From an uncultured Candidatus Saccharibacteria bacterium (GTDB taxonomy: Bacteria > Patescibacteriota > Saccharimonadia > Saccharimonadales > CAYZZS01), in NCBI GenBank assembly GCA_964620175.1, contig CAZUIL010000003.1, positions 4,281 to 68,280 of the forward strand: a stretch of DNA of 64,000 nt, read 5' to 3'. Numbering within the stretch: position 1 is the first letter of the stretch; every line of letters starts with the position of its first letter. Position numbers and translations under genes: made by a program. This document shows positions 26,425-33,849 of this stretch, piece after piece. Below the pieces are notes generated by a model. It saw nothing but the letters and a program-made list of their open reading frames with translations. It did no database searches and was not told the DNA's origin.

Positions 26425-27741
26425 TCACTTTGCCAGGTCAATCGTGAGTGCGGCTGTCCATGAGAAGTTAGCCGCGCCGGCCGGGGTGCCGTCGATTGGA
26501 GAGAAATACTCACCAAAGCCGTTGTTTGCCACCATTTCCAGTGTCGTTTCAGCCAATGCATCAGCATGATCACTGAACCCGTAGCGGCGCAGGCCGTCGA
26601 TAATAAGCCAGTTCATGTTGACCCAGGTTGGGCCTTGCCAGTACCTGTGGGGCCTAAACCAAGGCGAGTTCACTGGCGTGCTCGGAACTGGATAGTTGGT
26701 ACCGAATTGGTGTTCATCTTCCAGCAGTTTCACGATTTTTTTGGCTCGCTCATCGCTGATGCTTCCGGAGTAAAGCGGCAACAAGGCGCCGATACTTGGC
26801 GCTTTGAGCAGCCGGTGCGAAACAAACTCCCGCGAAAAGAACTGATTGGAATAGGGATCCCATAAATTATCTAGCGCATCTTCAGTACGCTGCATGCGCT
26901 CCTTCAGGTCATCCGGCAGTTTTTTGCCGATCGCTTTGGCAATTGCCTTTACATGGTAGTTAGCCCGTATGAATATCGAGTTGAAGGTGACGTCTTCTAT
27001 CGCGAACAGCGAATGGGCTAAGATTCGCTTTATATCGTAGTTCTTACGGCGAAGCCGGCGTAAGACGCTAAAAAAGGCGAGTGCATCAGTGGTAGGGAGC
27101 CGTTGGTCAACTGCGACGAGCCGGGTGTCTCGCCGCATAAGCGTTAGGAGGTGGTCAAGGCGTGTCTTGTCGATAAGCCGTATCCAGAGCGGCATTTGGT
27201 GGTCATGGAGCTCCTGAATCCACGGTGGCGTACTGTCAAGTCCTGTCTCCCAGGGGTGTATTTGCAATACGAGCCCCTCGGCATGTGGATCGCGCTCGGC
27301 ATAGAGCCACTGGTGGTAGGCCAGCAATGCCGGATACATCGTCTTATACCAAGTTCGGCGCTCAGCCTTATTGAGTTTTTTACCAACTTGGACAACGGCT
27401 TCGGCAAGCATAGGTGGCTGGGTAATGCCGCTGGTAAACACACTATCGGGAGCGTTGGGACTCAGCCAGCTGCGCCAGATATTCACGTCCCGGTCGCGCC
27501 GGGAGCCTGAACTAAAGATGATGTTTGGCAGCATGCCGTTGGCCCACTGGCCGCGGAGCAGACTGGTAAGCTCTTGCTGGGCCCGGCTTACGTCAACGTG
27601 CCGCAGGCCAATTGCGATGAAGCAGCTGTCCCAAAGCCACTGGTGAGGGTAAAGGCCTTCGGCAGGGACGGTAAATGTACCGCGGTCATTTGCCTGCAAA
27701 ACGGCTTTGGCCTGTTCGACTAAATCCGTCCCTGATTCCAT
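26425..27741 (-). CDS. GH63-like / MGH1-like glycoside hydrolase (glucosyl- or mannosylglycerate hydrolase-like)
   Basis: YPHQWLWDSCFIAIGL and an (alpha/alpha)6-type C-terminal pattern (YWQGPTWVNMNW..., GFGEYFSP.DG). Start moved to ATG 27741; the track start at 27777 is TTG and lies inside the promoter. Confidence 0.7.
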   Translation of the reverse strand: MESGTDLVEQAKAVLQANDRGTFTVPAEGLYPHQWLWDSCFIAIGLRHVDVSRAQQELTSLLRGQWANGMLPNIIFSSGSRRDRDVNIWRSWLSPNAPDSVFTSGITQPPMLAEAVVQVGKKLNKAERRTWYKTMYPALLAYHQWLYAERDPHAEGLVLQIHPWETGLDSTPPWIQELHDHQMPLWIRLIDKTRLDHLLTLMRRDTRLVAVDQRLPTTDALAFFSVLRRLRRKNYDIKRILAHSLFAIEDVTFNSIFIRANYHVKAIAKAIGKKLPDDLKERMQRTEDALDNLWDPYSNQFFSREFVSHRLLKAPSIGALLPLYSGSISDERAKKIVKLLEDEHQFGTNYPVPSTPVNSPWFRPHRYWQGPTWVNMNWLIIDGLRRYGFSDHADALAETTLEMVANNGFGEYFSPIDGTPAGAANFSWTAALTIDLAK

Positions 27742-27748
27742 GGTTGAT

Positions 27749-27777
27749 AGTATAGCGTGAGTAGAAACCACTACCAA
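27749..27777 (-). promoter_or_regulatory. sigma70-type promoter of the glycoside hydrolase gene (leaderless geometry)
   Basis: On the minus strand: TTGGTA (27777-27772), 17-nt spacer, TATACT (27754-27749), 7 nt to ATG 27741. Confidence 0.5.
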
Positions 27778-27797
27778 TTTTATTGCTTTGCACCAGG

Positions 27798-27806
27798 TGA
27801 GATAAT
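27798..27806 (+). promoter_or_regulatory. extended -10 element TGaGATAAT (leaderless geometry)
   Basis: 6 nt upstream of ATG 27813. Back-to-back with the divergent promoter at 27749-27777. Confidence 0.45.
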
Positions 27807-27812
27807 GGAACT

Positions 27813-28595
27813 ATGCCGATCAGTGAATCGTTTGACGCGTCCAAGGATATGCCACCGCCAGAGGAGACGGCACACTTTCTCGCACACCTGCACCTGGCCC
27901 GCGTGGCACTGAAGGAAAGTGTCGCGATGGCGTTGCCAGAGAAAATGATGGACCATTTTGAACGTGAGGTTGGGCAAATAACGACGCCAAGTAGCCGGTT
28001 CAGCCGACTGCCAAGGTATGAGCCTTACTTGCTGAGGGCCCTCTCGATGGAGCTGCCAATGTTCCCAGCCGGCCGGTATGCATCAGTTGCCCAACAGCGG
28101 ACAAACCATAGCTTCGCCAACCTCATCAATGATATTTCACCCCGCGTCGTTTTTAACCCACGGACCAGCCGCGAAATGCGCCGCTCCCTTCAAGATACGC
28201 GGGAACATGTCCGTAAAATGGCAGTTGTTGACGGCTTGCGGCGTCTGGGTGTGTTGGAAATCGGTGAACGCGACAATTATTTTGTGCCGCGCGGGTTGAT
28301 CGGTGCGGCGTCGTACCTGCGGGCGGATATAGATGACCTGTTTGACAGGACGATCCATACCGAGCACGCCAGTATCCAGCGGCATTTGAAAAAGTACCAA
28401 GTGCGTCCACGGAACGTCATTGGGGCTGACGGCCGCATGCAGTTGTTTTACAATTTGCTGCCGGAACTGTCAGAGGACGTAAATGGGAAAGTTGCTATCG
28501 ACGGCAAAAAGAACACGAAGTACAAGCTTTTTTGGAACGAAATCAAAAACGACGTGAACCGCATACGAAAGACGCATGGAACTTCGGCCGATTAG
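27813..28595 (+). CDS. hypothetical protein (260 aa)
   Basis: ORF with coding-like composition; no family recognised. Confidence 0.55.
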   Translation: MPISESFDASKDMPPPEETAHFLAHLHLARVALKESVAMALPEKMMDHFEREVGQITTPSSRFSRLPRYEPYLLRALSMELPMFPAGRYASVAQQRTNHSFANLINDISPRVVFNPRTSREMRRSLQDTREHVRKMAVVDGLRRLGVLEIGERDNYFVPRGLIGAASYLRADIDDLFDRTIHTEHASIQRHLKKYQVRPRNVIGADGRMQLFYNLLPELSEDVNGKVAIDGKKNTKYKLFWNEIKNDVNRIRKTHGTSAD

Positions 28596-28600
28596 GATCA

Positions 28601-28744
28601 GTGGGTGCACAAGTAGTCCAGATCGTAACAGGCATAAGACAGCGTAGAGGCCGTGTCGCTCGTGACATTAATCAGGGATTACTCGAATATATGGAGCGTG
28701 ACGGGGTGGAAAATATTGAAGCATACGTTGGGGTAGCTGCTTAG
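28601..28744 (+). pseudogene. C-terminal remnant of a dihydroorotate/dihydropyrimidine dehydrogenase-like TIM-barrel flavoenzyme
   Basis: VGAQVVQIVTGIRQRRGRVARDINQGLLEYMERDGVENIEAYVGVAA resembles the family C-terminus (GA..VQ..T....G......I...L..[YF]M...G..SI.E..G.A). No upstream part of such a gene is present. Confidence 0.35.
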
Positions 28745-29238
28745 CGGTAGTTCGTAAAGCTGAGCGGGAAGTCAAAATCCTGCCCGTTTAGCAGCTGCAT
28801 AACAGCTTGCAAGTCATCTTTGCTGCCGCTCATCACACGGACAGCATCACCTTGTATTTGCGTCTTGACTTTCGGGAATTTGTCACGGATTAGACCAGTA
28901 ATTTTCTTGGCCTTTTCTTGGTCGAGCCCTTTCTTAAACGGCACTTCTTTGGTGGCTTGCATATTGCTCTCTGTCACGTCCCGGGAAGTGTCGAGTACCT
29001 TTTGGCTCTGGCCGCGTGCAGCGAGCTTTTTGCGGAAAATGTCAAGGATGGCATCTATTTGCCACTCACCGCTGCCGGTCACTTTAATGCCATTCTTGTC
29101 GCCGTCCAGCCACTCAACAGCAGCCGGTGTACCCTTAAAATCATAGCGGTTCGCCATCTCCCGCTGGGTTTGGTCCAGCACGTTGTTCATTTCCGCTTTG
29201 TCGTAATCACTAATCACATCAAATGAAAAGTTGGCCAT
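28741..29238 (-). CDS. yajQ: YajQ-family nucleotide-binding protein (UPF0234)
   Basis: MANFSFDVISDYDKAEMNNVLDQTQREMANRYDFKGT... The track ORF (322 aa) is over-extended; the true ATG is at 29238. Confidence 0.85.
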   Translation of the reverse strand: MANFSFDVISDYDKAEMNNVLDQTQREMANRYDFKGTPAAVEWLDGDKNGIKVTGSGEWQIDAILDIFRKKLAARGQSQKVLDTSRDVTESNMQATKEVPFKKGLDQEKAKKITGLIRDKFPKVKTQIQGDAVRVMSGSKDDLQAVMQLLNGQDFDFPLSFTNYR

Positions 29239-29301
29239 GCCACCAGTTTTGCATTCCTTTGGGGCAGATGCAAGCGGACTGGTGCAGCCTGGTAGCTGAA
29301 C

Positions 29302-29310
29302 TGCTATAAT
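29302..29310 (+). promoter_or_regulatory. extended -10 element TGcTATAAT upstream of pheS (leaderless geometry)
   Basis: 8 nt upstream of ATG 29319. No Shine-Dalgarno. Confidence 0.5.
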
Positions 29311-29318
29311 TTGATGAA

Positions 29319-30323
29319 ATGAACTATCAGAATCCTCGTATTGCTGAAATTGCGGGCACCCTAAAGAAGCGCCTGGCTCAGCAGGAAAACAAAGCCTCAG
29401 TGCTGCGGGCTGAAGAGCTTCGCTCTCTGTACGCCGAAATTCCCACGTTGCCAGCTGATGAGCGGGCAGCGTTCGGAAGAGAGCTGAACCAGCTGAAAGC
29501 TGAACTCGAGGCACTGGTAGCTGGTTCGGCAGAAGCAGACGAAGTACTGGCTCCGATTGACGTGACCGCGCCGTTCGACAGCAATACGGACCAGGCCAAA
29601 CGGCCGACGCTGCTGACTGCCGACAAGGGGAGCAAACATCCGCTGATGGCGGAAATAGAGAAGGTGCTCGACATATTTGCACGGATGGGCTTTGAAGCGG
29701 TGGAATCACGGCAGCTGGATGACGACTATCACATGTTCGGGTCGCTTAATTTTCCAGAAGGCCACCCAGCGCGCGATGACTACGATACCTTTATGACAGA
29801 GGAGGGCCTTATCCCGCCTGCTCACACCAGCACCATGCAGAACCGGGTGCTGCGGCAACAAAAAGGCAAGCTCGCTGTTGGCCAGCCGATTAGTGTTGTC
29901 ATCCCCGGCCGGGTCTTTAGGAACGAAGATCTGGATGCTACGCATGAGCACACGTTCTATCAACTCGAAGGCATCTATGTTGATAAGGGAATCCACGCCG
30001 GCCATCTGGTAGCGACGCTGAAGACGTTTCTGGAAGAATATTTTGGTGAGCAATTGGAGGTCAAGACCCAGCCGTTCTATTTCCCGTTTACCGAGCCAAG
30101 CTTCGAGTTTGCGATTAAGCGTCCGGGCCGGGACTGGCTTGAGTTGCTCGGTTGCGGCATGATCCATCCGAGCGTTTTGGCCGAAGGCGGTATCAATCCG
30201 AACGAATATACCGGCTTTGCCTGGGGCTTTGGTATCGACCGCCTGGTGCTTATGAAATACGGCATTGAAGACATCCGGCACTTCGAGTCCGGCAAACTAG
30301 CATTTCTGAGGCAATTCGCATGA
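29319..30323 (+). CDS. pheS: phenylalanine--tRNA ligase alpha subunit
   Basis: Class II motifs (FPEGHPARD, RVFRNEDLDATHEHTFYQLEG, GFAWGFGIDRL). Confidence 0.95.
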   Translation: MNYQNPRIAEIAGTLKKRLAQQENKASVLRAEELRSLYAEIPTLPADERAAFGRELNQLKAELEALVAGSAEADEVLAPIDVTAPFDSNTDQAKRPTLLTADKGSKHPLMAEIEKVLDIFARMGFEAVESRQLDDDYHMFGSLNFPEGHPARDDYDTFMTEEGLIPPAHTSTMQNRVLRQQKGKLAVGQPISVVIPGRVFRNEDLDATHEHTFYQLEGIYVDKGIHAGHLVATLKTFLEEYFGEQLEVKTQPFYFPFTEPSFEFAIKRPGRDWLELLGCGMIHPSVLAEGGINPNEYTGFAWGFGIDRLVLMKYGIEDIRHFESGKLAFLRQFA

Positions 30324-30724
30324 ACAGAGAGAGGCGTCCCGCTGAAGTTATTGATTTGCCCGTACGCGCGGCTGGGGAAAAGGATGCCGTCGCAATGCCT
30401 ATGGGCGAGGTTAGCGAGGATGCTGTTGTTATGAGCTCGTTTAGTAGCCGCCGGTTCCAGCAGCGTCTCGGAGAAGCCTTTAAGTCTGAAATGAGCCGCA
30501 AGCTTGGCCGTAGTGATGCTGAGAAGTTTGGCAAGCCTGAGTTTGATTCAAAAGCCTACAGTGCGGGCTTGGTGGGCCTGCAGGTTACCGTCGGTATGGA
30601 AGTGGCAACTGAAATGTTTGGTTCGCTTGATAACGCACGTAACTATTTGAACACGGTGCCGTGGCACCGTTCACAAAGTCGGGCTAACCATCCGTCGAAT
30701 TCGGGGGGCAAGCATGAAAGTTAG
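30320..30724 (+). CDS. hypothetical protein (134 aa) inserted between pheS and pheT
   Basis: ATGA overlap with the pheS stop; its end overlaps the pheT start by 11 nt. The ORF fills the whole 390-nt gap. Codon usage resembles the neighbours by eye. Confidence 0.55.
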   Translation: MNRERRPAEVIDLPVRAAGEKDAVAMPMGEVSEDAVVMSSFSSRRFQQRLGEAFKSEMSRKLGRSDAEKFGKPEFDSKAYSAGLVGLQVTVGMEVATEMFGSLDNARNYLNTVPWHRSQSRANHPSNSGGKHES

Positions 30725-33230
30725 CCTGAACTGGATTAAGGAATTTACTGACGTTCGCCTGCCGGTACAAACGCTGGTAGAAAAGATTGGCGGGCAGCTT
30801 GGGGCGGTGGAGGAGGTGATTGAGCTTGGCAAAAAGTATGAAGGCGTCATCGTGGCCAAAGTGGTGTCCTGCCAAAAGCATCCTAACGCGGACAAGCTGA
30901 GCATATGCCTGATTGATGACGGAGGAAAGGCTGAGGCGGTTACCAGAGACGATAGCGGTTACGTACAAGTAGTATGCGGTGCCCCGAATGTACGGGAAAC
31001 GCTATATGTAGCGTGGATACCCCCAGGTGTAGTGGTGCCGAACACGTTTGATAAGGCCCCGTTTACCCTTGAAGCGAAGGAAATACGCGGTATCGTCAGT
31101 AATGGCATGATTGCCAGTGCCCACGAATTAGCGCTAAGCGACGACCATACCGGTATCGTCGAACTCGAGGCTGACAACGCGCAGCCGGGCAAGCCACTGG
31201 CGGAGCTGCTGCAGCTTGATGATTTTATCATTGATATCGAAAATAAGATGTTTACCCGCCGGCCCGATTGTTTCGGGCAGCTCGGTGTTGCCCGGGAAAT
31301 TGCCGGCATTACCAACCAGGCATTTACATCGCCGGCTTGGTATTTGGATAAGCCGGTGTTCAAAAATGCTGGCAGGGCGCATTTGGCGGTTAATAATGCG
31401 CTGCCGGAGCAAGTGCCTCGGTTTGCCGCTGTCATCCTGGATGGTGTGAAAGTGGGGCCGAGTCCGCTCTGGCTGCAGAGTTACCTTGTCAGGGTAGGGA
31501 TACGGCCGGTAAACAACGTAGTTGATATTACGAATTACCTAATGATGCTGACCGGCCAGCCGCTCCATGCATACGACGCTGATAAGCTTCGGACGCTTAG
31601 CTCGTCTGAGGAGTACATCAGCCTTGAAACGCGCTTGTCAAAGCCGGGCGATACGCTGACGTTGCTTGGCGGCAAGGTGGTGACCTTCCGTGACGACAAG
31701 TCCATACTCATTACCTCGAATGACACACCGGTAGGTATCGGCGGTGTTATGGGTGGTGCGGCAACAGAAGTTGACGACTCTACCACAAGTGTCGTGCTGG
31801 AGTGCGCCACGTTCGATATGTACAGTATCCGGCGGACTAGCATGCAGTACGGGCTGTTCACCGAAGCGGTTACCAGGTTTACGAAAAACCAGTCGCCAAT
31901 GCAAAACGCCAAAATCGTCGCGAAAGCTATCGGCCTGTTCAACGAATTGGCTGGTGCCGAGCAGGCCAGCACAGTAATTGACAGCGCGCACAACCTGCCG
32001 GCACCGCCGACTATCCGTACGACTGCCGCCTTCATTAATGAGCGGCTCGGCCTTACGCTCGAATCGCACGAGATCGCCAGGCTATTGCAGAATGTAGAGT
32101 TTGGCGTACAGGTGGAAGCGGAAAGCCTGGTAATCATGCCGCCGTTTTGGCGCACGGATCTGCACATTCCCGAAGATATTGTTGAAGAGGTGGGTCGGCT
32201 GTACGGATACGATCATTTGCCGCAAGCGCTGCCGACACGGAGTCTGAAACCGGCTGTTAATAACGACCTGATCGCATTGAAGCAAAGAGTACGGGAAATC
32301 CTGAAAGAGGCTGGTGCCAATGAAGTGTTGACGTACAGTTTCGTACCCGCCAGCTTAATGGAAAAAACCGGCCAAAACCCTGCTAACGCCTATAAAATCA
32401 GCAACGCCCTCAGCCCTGGCCTGCAATATGTCCGCATGAGCTTACTGCCAAGTTTGCTTGAGAAAATCCACCCGAACGTAAAAGCAGGGGCCGGCGAATT
32501 TGCACTTTTTGAGATTAACCAGACACACGGCAAAGACTATATCAGCAAAGAAGACGGGCTGCCGATTGAGGAGCACCGCGTCGCGTTGGTGTTTGCGGCC
32601 GACGATAAAACCGCGGCTTCGAATTACGGAGGTGCCCCATACTTCCTGGTGCGGCGGTACGTAGACCATTTGCTAAACCGCCTCGGCATTGATCCAACCT
32701 ATGTGTCCGCCAAGGGCTATGTCCCGGAAATGGAGATCAGCAAAGCAGCAATCGCGCCGTTCAACCAAGATAGGGCAGCTTTGATAAAGGACCAGGACGG
32801 CCGGTTTATCGGCGAAATTGGCGAGTTTAAGGACAGTGTGCGGCGGGGACTGAAACTGCCGGCGTTTGTTGCAGGGTGCGAGCTTGACATCAAGCAGCTG
32901 CTTAAGCTTGCCGGCCAGGCGTCGCCGTACGTACCGCTGTCACGCTATCCTGGCGTAGAGCAAGATATTTGTCTGGCCGTTCCCCTGGACGCCGAGTACG
33001 CAGCAGTGTCGACGTTTGTGCGCGGGCAGCTGCAGCAGCAGTCCATGCCGACACGCACTTCTTTTACCTTAACTCCGATCGATATTTACCAAAAGGCCGA
33101 CCGCAAGCAAATAACGTTCCGGATCAATGTTGCTTCGCACGAACGCACACTCAGGACCGAAGAAGTAAGCAAACTGCTTGATACGGTTGCCCGCGCTGCA
33201 AAGTTGCAGCTCGGCGCCGAACGCATCTAA
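30714..33230 (+). CDS. pheT: phenylalanine--tRNA ligase beta subunit
   Basis: MKVSLNWIKEF... N-terminus, tRNA-binding, B3/4 and B5 regions, 838 aa. GGGGGG Shine-Dalgarno upstream. Confidence 0.95.
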   Translation: MKVSLNWIKEFTDVRLPVQTLVEKIGGQLGAVEEVIELGKKYEGVIVAKVVSCQKHPNADKLSICLIDDGGKAEAVTRDDSGYVQVVCGAPNVRETLYVAWIPPGVVVPNTFDKAPFTLEAKEIRGIVSNGMIASAHELALSDDHTGIVELEADNAQPGKPLAELLQLDDFIIDIENKMFTRRPDCFGQLGVAREIAGITNQAFTSPAWYLDKPVFKNAGRAHLAVNNALPEQVPRFAAVILDGVKVGPSPLWLQSYLVRVGIRPVNNVVDITNYLMMLTGQPLHAYDADKLRTLSSSEEYISLETRLSKPGDTLTLLGGKVVTFRDDKSILITSNDTPVGIGGVMGGAATEVDDSTTSVVLECATFDMYSIRRTSMQYGLFTEAVTRFTKNQSPMQNAKIVAKAIGLFNELAGAEQASTVIDSAHNLPAPPTIRTTAAFINERLGLTLESHEIARLLQNVEFGVQVEAESLVIMPPFWRTDLHIPEDIVEEVGRLYGYDHLPQALPTRSLKPAVNNDLIALKQRVREILKEAGANEVLTYSFVPASLMEKTGQNPANAYKISNALSPGLQYVRMSLLPSLLEKIHPNVKAGAGEFALFEINQTHGKDYISKEDGLPIEEHRVALVFAADDKTAASNYGGAPYFLVRRYVDHLLNRLGIDPTYVSAKGYVPEMEISKAAIAPFNQDRAALIKDQDGRFIGEIGEFKDSVRRGLKLPAFVAGCELDIKQLLKLAGQASPYVPLSRYPGVEQDICLAVPLDAEYAAVSTFVRGQLQQQSMPTRTSFTLTPIDIYQKADRKQITFRINVASHERTLRTEEVSKLLDTVARAAKLQLGAERI

Positions 33231-33233
33231 CGC

Positions 33234-33262
33234 TTGCAAATCACTCAATATGAGTATAGAAT
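33234..33262 (+). promoter_or_regulatory. sigma70-type promoter at the pheT 3' end, reading into the structured spacer
   Basis: TTGCAA (33234-33239), 17-nt spacer, TAGAAT (33257-33262). Confidence 0.45.
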
Positions 33263-33403
33263 AATGTTCGTTTGGTTGAGTCCCGGAGGATTCCCAAAAC
33301 GTACTTTGACAGGCGTGGTTACAGGGAATGCATAGGTAATGGCAGTGCTGTCCGGTTGCGTTTAGCGACCCGACACCACTGCTTTTATTCTTTGACATTC
33401 CCA

Positions 33404-33496
33404 GCACGTGTAGCTCAATTGGTTAGAGCCCCATAACATGCCTTGGCTCAAGTCCATGGCAGGTATGGGTGTATGGGTTCGAATCCCATCGCGTGC
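33404..33496 (+). tRNA. aberrant 93-nt tRNA-like gene with a 21-nt extension of the anticodon arm (apical loop CUCAAGU, CAA)
   Basis: Acceptor 33404-33410/33490-33496. D arm GCTC-AATTGGTTA-GAGC. T arm ATGGG-TTCGAAT-CCCAT. Anticodon stem 33431-33435/33464-33468 encloses 28 nt that stack into ~10 more pairs capped by a 7-nt loop. No CCA encoded. Confidence 0.6.
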
Positions 33497-33666
33497 GCTA
33501 TGAGAGCGAGCTCGGCATACAGCTTTGCAGCTCAGGAAGCTGGGGACTTCCTTCGGCGTTAGCCGGCTCTCACCTTCGCGCGAGTATCTACTCGCCATGC
33601 TCGGGTCCCGCGGGTACCTGCTTACTGTGCCCCTCGTAAGCTAGGTCCGCCCGCCCGCGGGACCCG
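33497..33666 (+). ncRNA. structured RNA element of unknown class immediately 3' of the tRNA-like gene
   Basis: Hand-found helices: 33501-33507/33566-33572; 33520-33525/33537-33542; 33580-33585/33590-33595; a 13-bp perfect GC-rich pair 33602-33614/33654-33666 with nested 33616-33625/33638-33648. No ORF. Confidence 0.35.
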
Positions 33667-33696
33667 TCTTCGCCATAAGCTACTCTGGAGTAAAAA

Positions 33697-33843
33697 ATGC
33701 CAGATGAAACGGACGAGCCCGTTACCCTGAAACAAGGACGGTGCATTAACAAGCATACGACCTATTTCGTACCATCAGCACCACCCGGGCAGAGGGTGCG
33801 CTGCTACAAATGTGACGAAGAGGTTACAGTCCCATTTTCATAG
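33697..33843 (+). CDS. possible 48-aa Cys/His small protein (zinc-ribbon-like; hand-found)
   Basis: GGAG 7 nt upstream of ATG. MPDETDEPVTLKQGRCINKHTTYFVPSAPPGQRVRCYKCDEEVTVPFS (C-x3-H ... C-x2-C). Confidence 0.35.
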   Translation: MPDETDEPVTLKQGRCINKHTTYFVPSAPPGQRVRCYKCDEEVTVPFS

Positions 33844-33849
33844 CAGAGC

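Noticed and set aside
29239-29709. N-terminal 157 codons of the 322-aa track ORF that ends as yajQ.
   Set aside because: YajQ-family proteins are ~165 aa and start MANFSFD... (ATG 29238). The upstream extension is Pro/Ser/Cys/Arg-rich, runs antisense through the pheS 5' region, and would remove the pheS promoter.
30250-30534. 94-aa minus-strand ORF in the pheS-pheT gap, as an alternative to the plus-strand 134-aa ORF.
   Set aside because: It covers only part of the gap, overlaps the pheS 3' end antisense, and lacks start signals. The plus-strand ORF fits the gap exactly, with overlaps at both ends.
33602-33625. Resemblance of GGTACCCGCGG (minus-strand reading) to the T-box sequence GGTGGTACCGCG.
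   Set aside because: The match is imperfect and on the wrong strand relative to any aminoacyl-tRNA synthetase gene. No specifier loop, AG bulge or terminator/antiterminator alternative could be drawn.
33404-33700. Possibility that the tRNA-like element plus the downstream structure is a tmRNA (standard or permuted), RNase P RNA, SRP RNA or 6S RNA.
   Set aside because: The element has a complete D arm and an anticodon-type arm, unlike a tmRNA tRNA-like domain. There is no tag ORF ending in hydrophobic residues plus stop. I found no GAGGAAAGTCC-type RNase P motif, no SRP domain IV motif, and no end-to-end pairing as in 6S RNA. This was judged by eye only.
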